From a virus (lineage: Duplodnaviria; Heunggongvirae; Uroviricota; Caudoviricetes), in the IMG/VR virus record IMGVR_UViG_2974538492_000001, positions 64,001 to 128,000 of that record: a DNA stretch of 64,000 nucleotides, one strand, 5' to 3'. Shown in pieces: positions 56,806 through 64,000 of the stretch; positions within the stretch are counted from its first letter, which is position 1, and each line of letters starts with the position of its first letter. Made by a program: the position numbers and the translations under genes. The notes below the pieces were generated by a model. It saw only the letters and a program-made list of their open reading frames with translations, was not told the origin of the DNA and did no database searches.

Positions 56806-58161
56806 ATGACAATACTCGGTAATATTAAAGTTCCGAATAATTATGTTTATACTTCTCACAAAGGTACAGAATATGTGTATCTTGATGGATCATGGTTAAA
56901 CTGTGAAACAATGAACGAAGTATCAAATGTTCATAATTTTAAAATGAATCAATCTGCTATTAAACAAATAGCAGAACATAATAATTCAAATGAATTAAAA
57001 ATAGGTAAAAAGTACTTGATCAATGAATCTGAATATGTTTATGTTGGACGTAACCAAGTAACAAAGAATGATTCGTTGCTACATGAAAGTATTAATAAAA
57101 ATATCGTTTCATTGATGGAAGCTGGAAATAGTGACTTTAGTAATTTTGTTCGTGGTAATACTACGGAATTGGAAATTCCTAATAAATTTCAAAGTCAGGG
57201 ATATACTTATAATAAAAGTAAAAACACATGGAGCGGTGATAATGGTGAAATCACCGATACCCAAGATAATAAAGATTTAAATTCTATGGCTATTAAAGAC
57301 ATTCAAAACTATAATTCAAAAGATGACTTTCCAGTTAATAGTACTATTGATTGGCAAGGGAAAACATTAACATGGAATGGTAATAATTGGGTTAATCCAG
57401 ACGGGAGAATTATTGGTAATAAATTTAATTCAAAAGTTTATGATTACCTAGACGAATTTCCTAGTAATAATAAATCATCTGAAAGTGAAGCTGATAATAG
57501 TTCAAAGGATTCAAGTTCAGATGTTTCCGATGTTCCAAATGGATATATATATACCTCAGCTAAACAGAAACGTTATATTAAAAAGAATGGTCAGTGGATT
57601 TCATTAGAAACTAAAAAGCCTATAAATTCATCTACTGCTGCTCCTTTAGAACGTGCTGCAATTGAAGCAATTAAAAAGCAAAATACTTCATCAAAAATTA
57701 AAATTGGTCAAGAATTAAAAAATAATTATGGTCAAATGTATAGATATGTTGGTGGGTTACGTTTCATTTCAGATGAAGGTAAATCATTACCTGAAGATGT
57801 AGCTAGAGAGATTATATCCTCTATAGATGATACAAAACAAAGTAATGAAGAACAACCAGTACAAGGTAATAAAGAACAACCAGCACAATCAGTACAAGGT
57901 AATGAAGAACCTAATAATGCACCAAATGCCCCTATTCAACCAGCACAAAATAACAGTACTGGACAGTCAAATAAACCTGATAGTAATAGTGATCCATTAC
58001 AAGCATTAGCTGATGAAATTAAATCTAATTCATCAGCAACTAGAATTATCGTACTATTAAGCCGTGGTGATAAACTTTCATTAATGGCTGCTGATATTTT
58101 ACTATCTGGTAAAAAGAATGAAGCATTACAGATTCTAAATTCATTAAATAATACAGATTAA
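56806..58161 (+). CDS. Hypothetical protein with an internally duplicated module
   Basis: VPN.Y.YTS.K...Y....G.W and KIG......Y.YVG each occur twice. Confidence 0.65.
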   Translation: MTILGNIKVPNNYVYTSHKGTEYVYLDGSWLNCETMNEVSNVHNFKMNQSAIKQIAEHNNSNELKIGKKYLINESEYVYVGRNQVTKNDSLLHESINKNIVSLMEAGNSDFSNFVRGNTTELEIPNKFQSQGYTYNKSKNTWSGDNGEITDTQDNKDLNSMAIKDIQNYNSKDDFPVNSTIDWQGKTLTWNGNNWVNPDGRIIGNKFNSKVYDYLDEFPSNNKSSESEADNSSKDSSSDVSDVPNGYIYTSAKQKRYIKKNGQWISLETKKPINSSTAAPLERAAIEAIKKQNTSSKIKIGQELKNNYGQMYRYVGGLRFISDEGKSLPEDVAREIISSIDDTKQSNEEQPVQGNKEQPAQSVQGNEEPNNAPNAPIQPAQNNSTGQSNKPDSNSDPLQALADEIKSNSSATRIIVLLSRGDKLSLMAADILLSGKKNEALQILNSLNNTD

Positions 58162-58173
58162 TTAGAAAAGGAA

Positions 58174-59160
58174 TTGATTAATATGAAAAAACAAGTTAAT
58201 GAAGCATCAGTTCGTATTGATGTTCAAGGTTTAGAATCTAATGATCTTGAAACTCTTTCACGTATGCTTGCTTTAGCTGGACAAGCTGAGAATAAAGGAC
58301 CACAATTTGGTGGTATGTCTTCTATTCCACGCATTATGCCATTAGACATGGATAGCATAGGTGGAGACGAAACTCAACCTATCATGAATCCACTAGACGC
58401 TGTAAGTACCGATGACATGTCAGGAGCAGGTAGTGCTGAATTGGGTGCTGCTGCGGGGGATTTGGCAGGTTCCATCACTGATTTTGGTGATGAAGGGCTT
58501 GACAGTGGGATAGATTCTGGTGTAGAATCTTTCGATGAAGTTCAAGATGAGTCAAGTGCTCCATTTGGTCAAGATGATATCAGTGCTGAAGTTGATTCAG
58601 TTTATACTGGTGATGATGATTTTGACATGGGACGCATGTCTTCCCTAGCTGGAATTCATGAAAGTCAAGATGTTGATGAAGCTGATGACGTACCATTCGA
58701 TTCTGCAAGTGAAGCAAATCCTGATGATGAATCCGTAGATGAAGAAACTATAGGTGAAAGTCTACTTCCAGATTTATCATTGGATGAAGATTCTATTTCT
58801 TCTAATGCTGACTCACAAATAAATCAAGAATTTGGTCCATTTAGAACCGAATTTGAATGTGTTAATGATGGTCAATCAAAAACCAATGGTGTTGAAGGTG
58901 ATAATTTCATCGTCGTACCTAAAGGAAATGCGTTTTATTGGAAACGTACAGTACAGGAAGATGCTGATAATCGTCCAGAACCAGAATTTTATGACGATGA
59001 AGGAATTCGTAACTCACGTCATGATTATCGTCACAAACGCACTGCTCTTGGTGACAATCCTATTCTTTCCGTTGATGAATCCGAAGATGAAGATGAATCT
59101 GTAGATTCAATCTTTGAATCAATCAATGAAAAATATAAGAAATTTATGGAGGGTCTATAA
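58174..59160 (+). CDS. Highly acidic hypothetical protein (start possibly ATG 58183)
   Basis: D/E/S-rich, low complexity. Confidence 0.65.
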   Translation: MINMKKQVNEASVRIDVQGLESNDLETLSRMLALAGQAENKGPQFGGMSSIPRIMPLDMDSIGGDETQPIMNPLDAVSTDDMSGAGSAELGAAAGDLAGSITDFGDEGLDSGIDSGVESFDEVQDESSAPFGQDDISAEVDSVYTGDDDFDMGRMSSLAGIHESQDVDEADDVPFDSASEANPDDESVDEETIGESLLPDLSLDEDSISSNADSQINQEFGPFRTEFECVNDGQSKTNGVEGDNFIVVPKGNAFYWKRTVQEDADNRPEPEFYDDEGIRNSRHDYRHKRTALGDNPILSVDESEDEDESVDSIFESINEKYKKFMEGL

Positions 59161-59552
59161 TGAGTATGATACGTAATTTAATGGAATCAATTGATGACAT
59201 TTATGAAGCTGATGATGAATCAATGGAACAAGATTCAGAAGTAACACCACAAGAACTACTAAAAGATATTATTGGTTCTCTAAAAGAACTTTCTGAACAA
59301 TTAGCTACCGATTCAGTTCAAGATATGAAAACATTAACATCCGATCTTCAAAATATTTCATCATCTTTGAAAGAATTAGTTTCACCTGAAGCTGATGATG
59401 AATATTCAACTGAATTTGATTCTGAAGAAGAATTAGAAGAAGAATATGGTGCAGAAGATATGGGACCATCTGTAAGTAAGGATGGTATGCAGAATTATGA
59501 AAACCCATGTGGTTCTTCATACCCTGAGAAAAAAGGTTTTGTGGGAATTTAA
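59160..59552 (+). CDS. Highly acidic hypothetical protein
   Basis: TAATG overlap; RBS GGAGG. Confidence 0.65.
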   Translation: MSMIRNLMESIDDIYEADDESMEQDSEVTPQELLKDIIGSLKELSEQLATDSVQDMKTLTSDLQNISSSLKELVSPEADDEYSTEFDSEEELEEEYGAEDMGPSVSKDGMQNYENPCGSSYPEKKGFVGI

Positions 59553-59553
59553 T

Positions 59554-59928
59554 ATGATACCAAAAACCAACAGTACTGAAATTCAAGTAGATGTATTAAT
59601 AAAAATACGGGAAGTTTATGAATTTGATTCTGAACTTTCTGATAGAATGATATTGATATCTATTTTTGATAATTACAGAACTGGTGGTGGTCTTAGGTTG
59701 AGTAAGTTGGGGTATAATATTTGTACTGAATATGATTTGTATGAGTTTACCCCTATTCCTATAAAAAAGGAAGACCGTAATTCTATGGTTTACACTTCTT
59801 TAGATCGTATTTGCACTAGCCCCTATTATATAAAAGGGGATGTTTTGTACTTATCTGATGAACTTGTTATGGCACAACTAACTTTTTGTAGAGATAATTT
59901 TGTAAAATTATTTTTAGCATTTATGTGA
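59554..59928 (+). CDS. Hypothetical protein
   Basis: ATG 59554 follows the previous stop; GGLRLSKLGY motif. Confidence 0.6.
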   Translation: MIPKTNSTEIQVDVLIKIREVYEFDSELSDRMILISIFDNYRTGGGLRLSKLGYNICTEYDLYEFTPIPIKKEDRNSMVYTSLDRICTSPYYIKGDVLYLSDELVMAQLTFCRDNFVKLFLAFM

Positions 59929-59954
59929 AACATTAAAAAAAATTCTGGTATAAT
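59925..59954 (+). promoter_or_regulatory. Promoter GTGAAA-18-TATAAT with TGG extension
   Basis: Nearly identical to the element at 29233 (GAAACA..TTAAAAAAA..TGGTATAAT). Confidence 0.65.
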
Positions 59955-60074
59955 ATGTTTATTAAGACAGATTAAGGATTAACTTAAAGGCACTGATGTG
60001 AATCAGTGCCTTCTCTTTTGACAAATGGATTTGTAAATTTTATTACAGTAAACAACAACAAAGGTAGAAGACGT

Positions 60075-61406
60075 ATGAGCGAAAACATTAAAACTGATAG
60101 TCTAAATTATAACTTAAAACCATCTCAAGTTTTTGAAGCAATGCAAGTTGCAGATATAGTTGGTGATAGTTTAATGATTTGGGGTTCTCCTGGTATTGGT
60201 AAATCTGCAATTGCCCGTCAATATGCGAAAGAAATGTATCCATTGTATAAAGACAACGTTGGTCAGTTAGAATTTTTGCTACAACGTGCACAAAATGAAG
60301 ATGATACGTTAGTTACTATGAATGATTATTTGGATTTTAAAAATTCATTACTAGATCAAGAAACCAATTTTATTGATTTTCGTTTATCACAGATTGAGCC
60401 ATCGGATCTTCGTGGTATTCCAATTCCAGTAAAAATGTATTATGATTTAGCAGGAAATCAGATTCTAGAATCTGAATTAGATAAACATCCAATTTATCAA
60501 ACTGATACTTCAGTTGTATGGGCTGCTCCAGATATTCTTAAATTGAATCCTAGCTGGAAAGGTGTAATCTTATTTGATGAAATTAACTCTGCAATGCCAA
60601 TTGTTCAAGCTGCTTCATATCAGTTAATTTTAGACCGTTGTGTCGGAGAACTAATACTTCCATCAACTGCATTGATTCTTGCAGCAGGAAACCGTGAAAC
60701 TGATGGTGGTGTAACATTTAGTTTAGCAACTCCATTGCGTGACCGAATGACTCACGTAGAAATGATTCCAGACTATATGGATTGGATTGAAAATTATGCA
60801 ATTCCTAATCGGCTAAATGCTGGTACTATTGCTTATATTAAAGAAACTGGTTCTAAAAACTTTAATACATTAAGCCCTAAAGATACTAGTCATTCTGGCG
60901 GTTCTTCACCACGTTCATGGACTCGTGTATCAGAAATCGAAACAGTACGTAAACAATTAGGTACTTCTTCTCAAGTTTACAAAGCATTAATTGCTGGTCG
61001 AGTTGGTAATATAGCTGCAATTGATTATGTAACTTATATTGAAAATATGGCAGGTCTTCCAGATGTAATGGATATTATGAATGGATTAGTAACTGATTTT
61101 AGTGAACATGTTGAAGAAATATCAAAAAATTATTTCATTGTATTAAATTTAGTATATAAAATTATTGAATTTTTCAGTAAAAAAGTTGAAGGTTCTATTA
61201 CATTAGAACAATGGCGTTCTTATTGTACAAATTTCTTAACGTTTATCGATACTAATTTTGCTTCAACACAAACTGAATTAATTGTTCATGCAGTTCGAAC
61301 TTTCACTGACGCAAATGTTAATATTTCATATGCAGAAGTTCCAGTGTTTAAATCGTTTGTTACCAAATATGGTCCATTACTACGTAAGTGCCGAACAATA
61401 AAATAA
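60075..61406 (+). CDS. MoxR-like AAA+ ATPase
   Basis: Walker A GSPGIGKS, DLRGIP, Walker B LFDEINSA, AGNR, PRSW. The ORF track starts it at 60006. Confidence 0.88.
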   Translation: MSENIKTDSLNYNLKPSQVFEAMQVADIVGDSLMIWGSPGIGKSAIARQYAKEMYPLYKDNVGQLEFLLQRAQNEDDTLVTMNDYLDFKNSLLDQETNFIDFRLSQIEPSDLRGIPIPVKMYYDLAGNQILESELDKHPIYQTDTSVVWAAPDILKLNPSWKGVILFDEINSAMPIVQAASYQLILDRCVGELILPSTALILAAGNRETDGGVTFSLATPLRDRMTHVEMIPDYMDWIENYAIPNRLNAGTIAYIKETGSKNFNTLSPKDTSHSGGSSPRSWTRVSEIETVRKQLGTSSQVYKALIAGRVGNIAAIDYVTYIENMAGLPDVMDIMNGLVTDFSEHVEEISKNYFIVLNLVYKIIEFFSKKVEGSITLEQWRSYCTNFLTFIDTNFASTQTELIVHAVRTFTDANVNISYAEVPVFKSFVTKYGPLLRKCRTIK

Positions 61407-61413
61407 TTATAAT

Positions 61414-61437
61414 AAGGGACATTTTATATGTCCCTTT
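61414..61437 (+). terminator. Hairpin/terminator-like element between MoxR and VWA genes
   Basis: AAGGGACAT-TTTAT-ATGTCCCTT with a short T-run. Confidence 0.5.
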
Positions 61438-61455
61438 AATTGTATGAGAGGTTAT

Positions 61456-62772
61456 ATGAATACACCATATGTTGTATCAAAAGAATATGCTGATGAATGT
61501 CATGATAGAATTATAGTTGCTCGAACTTCAATGATAATGGGATGTCCATTTTTTGGAATACTTGCAGCTAGATTAAAATTAGTACCAAATAATACATGGT
61601 GCCGTACTTTAGCGGTTGATGGAAAACATTTATATTATAATGTTGAATTTATCATGGGTATTGAAGATCCATTACGCCGACAAGAATATGAAGATAAACT
61701 TAAAACTACAATTGATGATTTAACTACCGAACAAATTAAAGATGCATTGGATGGATTGAGTCATCAGAATTTAGTTGCAGCTATATGTCATGAAATTCTT
61801 CATTGTGCATATAATCATTTTTTACGCCGTGGATCTCGTAATCCAAAAAAATGGAATAAAGCTGCTGATTATGCAATTAATCAAATTATCAATCGCGATA
61901 AGAAAATGGGATTAATTAAAAAATCATGGCTATATAATTCTGATTATGAAGGTAAAGCTGCGGAAGAAATTTATAATATTTTAGAAGAACTAGGTGATAG
62001 TGATGGTGGCGGTGGTGGCACATTAGACCAACACGATATTCCACAACAGGACTCTAATGATAATGAAGATGAATCTGTTCCAAAATTTACTAAAGATGAA
62101 TTAGAATCATTTATGGATTCTTTTAAAGATGCAATGTTAAGTGCAGCTTTAGCCGATGGTGCACCTAAAGAAATTCGAGATATGATTGAAGAGTTTAAAA
62201 CTCCAACAATTGATTGGCGTTCAAAATTAAACAGAACTATCAGATCTTTGATTAAAAATGACGTATCATATATGATGCCAAGTCGTAGATCATGGAGCAC
62301 CGGATTTGGGAGTACTGGATCATATTATGGTTCTCCTATATATCCAGGATTAAAACCAGATTTAGATATTGATATATGCGTAGCATTAGATGCATCTGGT
62401 AGTATCAGTACTGAAATGTTAAAAGACTTCTTATCTGAAGTTATTGGGATGACTAAACAATTTAGTCAATTCAAAATTAGAATTCTTACTTTTGATACTT
62501 CTGTTTATACTGTACGAGATTATGTAACTGGAGAAGAAAAGAAGATTCTAGAATATCCAGTTGTCGGCGGTGGCGGCACGTTGTTTACTGCGGTATATGA
62601 TTATATGAAAAATGATAATTATTGTCCTAAGCAATTAGTTATGTTTACTGATGGTGAACCGTGGGGTTCTTGGGGAGATAGTAATTATTGTGAAACCTTA
62701 TTTGTAATTCATTCTAATCCAAAAAAAGAAGCCCCTTTCGGCACTACTGTGCATTATAATATTGGTGAATAA
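61456..62772 (+). CDS. DUF2201-type metallopeptidase-like plus vWA domain protein
   Basis: HEILH zincin motif, WNKAADYAIN, LDASGSIS MIDAS, GGGGT.F, FTDG. Confidence 0.88.
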   Translation: MNTPYVVSKEYADECHDRIIVARTSMIMGCPFFGILAARLKLVPNNTWCRTLAVDGKHLYYNVEFIMGIEDPLRRQEYEDKLKTTIDDLTTEQIKDALDGLSHQNLVAAICHEILHCAYNHFLRRGSRNPKKWNKAADYAINQIINRDKKMGLIKKSWLYNSDYEGKAAEEIYNILEELGDSDGGGGGTLDQHDIPQQDSNDNEDESVPKFTKDELESFMDSFKDAMLSAALADGAPKEIRDMIEEFKTPTIDWRSKLNRTIRSLIKNDVSYMMPSRRSWSTGFGSTGSYYGSPIYPGLKPDLDIDICVALDASGSISTEMLKDFLSEVIGMTKQFSQFKIRILTFDTSVYTVRDYVTGEEKKILEYPVVGGGGTLFTAVYDYMKNDNYCPKQLVMFTDGEPWGSWGDSNYCETLFVIHSNPKKEAPFGTTVHYNIGE

Positions 62773-62814
62773 CTATAATAAATAAAAGGTCACCATTATG
62801 GTGGCCTTATTCTT

Positions 62815-62844
62815 TTGGAACAGGCCATAATTTTATGGTATAAT
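62815..62844 (+). promoter_or_regulatory. Promoter TTGGAA-18-TATAAT with TGG extension, directly after a terminator-like hairpin (62785-62816)
   Basis: Second promoter class. Confidence 0.6.
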
Positions 62845-62878
62845 ATATATAATTAAAAAATACATGGAGTGTATAATT

Positions 62879-63109
62879 ATGAGTAATGAAGTTGAATTTA
62901 ACAGTGATGTTGTTGGCCCACAATTAGAATTCATTGATATTATCAATGCTACAAAAATCATGGAAGCCGCGATTGAACGTAAGGCATTTTCAATTAAAGA
63001 ATTAGGAGAAGTTGCCCCTATTGTAGCACGTTTCCAAGATTTTTCACAAGCAATTCTTGAAGAACAATCTAATTCTCCTGAGATTAAATCAGAAGGAGTT
63101 GCAGAATGA
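62879..63109 (+). CDS. Small hypothetical protein
   Basis: ATG after GGAG; AAIERKAFSIKELGEV. Confidence 0.6.
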   Translation: MSNEVEFNSDVVGPQLEFIDIINATKIMEAAIERKAFSIKELGEVAPIVARFQDFSQAILEEQSNSPEIKSEGVAE

Positions 63110-63753
63110 GTATTATTAGACATTGTGGAGTAGTTCGCAGTACTGGATCTCGTGTGTTTGTTGTTTGGCGTCAACTTGAGAATGATTCACGCCATTGTTT
63201 AGTGATTTATCGTGATTCATTACCAGAAGCTTATGTAACTAAAGTATCTGATTTAGTACTTAATCAAGGACAAAGCTCAATTGAACTTTGGGATGTTATT
63301 GATAAAATTGGTACACTTGAAGGTGCTAATATGTTAACCGTTTTACATAAAATGGGTTATATTCGTAAGCAAAGTACTTTAGATATTGATATGCATGTTG
63401 GTGGTAATAATAAAATTCCTTTGAATATTTTAAATGATGAAATTAATTCTGCACCAGAAATGGTTGCTGGAACTGTAAAAGATTTCAATCCATTTAAATC
63501 TCAAAATGTTCAATATCCAGAACAAAATACAGTAGTAACTCATCTATTAGATGATGCAAATAAGTATCAGCAATTAGCTAATGAAAGCTTTGAGCGTGCT
63601 TATAATTTAGATCCAAGTTTACGTCCTCAATCAGTTACTGGTGAAAATAAAGATGATGATTTAATTCATCTAAACATCGATCCTTCAATGTCACAAGCTA
63701 AAGCAATTGAGTTAGTTAAAAAGGCATTAAAGGAACATAAAGATGCAAAATAA
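63106..63753 (+). CDS. Hypothetical protein
   Basis: ATGA overlap; RBS AAGGAG. Confidence 0.7.
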   Translation: MSIIRHCGVVRSTGSRVFVVWRQLENDSRHCLVIYRDSLPEAYVTKVSDLVLNQGQSSIELWDVIDKIGTLEGANMLTVLHKMGYIRKQSTLDIDMHVGGNNKIPLNILNDEINSAPEMVAGTVKDFNPFKSQNVQYPEQNTVVTHLLDDANKYQQLANESFERAYNLDPSLRPQSVTGENKDDDLIHLNIDPSMSQAKAIELVKKALKEHKDAK

Positions 63754-64000
63754 AATCACTAGGGAACAAATAATCAATTTGATTATTGAGGAACGCTTAA
63801 AACAAATGAGCAATCCAAATACCTTAGCTGACCATCTTAAAACCAAGAATGATTGGACAGGTTTAGCTGGATATTACTTATTTGAAAGTGCATCTAGACC
63901 TGATAAACATGTTTCTTTTGATGAATTTAGACTATCATTAATTAAAGCAGCAGCAGTAATACTTGCTGCTTTAGAAACAAGTTTTTCATTAGATGACAAT
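63743..64000 (+). CDS. Hypothetical protein, runs off the window end
   Basis: Open frame MQNKITREQIINLIIEER... to base 64000. Confidence 0.55.
   Translation, partial: MQNKITREQIINLIIEERLKQMSNPNTLADHLKTKNDWTGLAGYYLFESASRPDKHVSFDEFRLSLIKAAAVILAALETSFSLDDN

Overview
AT-rich (roughly 30% GC by eye), gene-dense segment of a jumbo tailed phage genome; every credible gene is on the + strand. Gene content: TyrRS, Thg1, CCA enzyme, HPF, ACP, nrdD/grcA/nrdG, tk, dNMP kinase, T4-like neck, sheath, tube and gp4, three ~900-aa tandem tail-fibre-like paralogs, and a MoxR/VWA pair. This points, by inference and without a database search, to an enterobacterial jumbo myophage of the RaK2/GAP32/PBECO4/CBB type. 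Signals not explained by the ORFs: (1) the palindrome AGTACT occurs about 150 times by manual count versus about 20-25 expected, in all reading frames, like a highly iterated palindrome, and an SPPY-type (m4C) methyltransferase is a candidate partner; (2) a perfect host FNR box sits directly upstream of the anaerobic nrdD-grcA-nrdG block; (3) a ~470-nt ORF-free, heavily structured unit with its own promoter and terminator, plus smaller structured elements; (4) a repeated late-promoter (TAAATA)/anti-Shine-Dalgarno hairpin switch in front of at least six genes; (5) two apparent classes of sigma70-like promoters. All counts and folds were done by eye and need computational confirmation.
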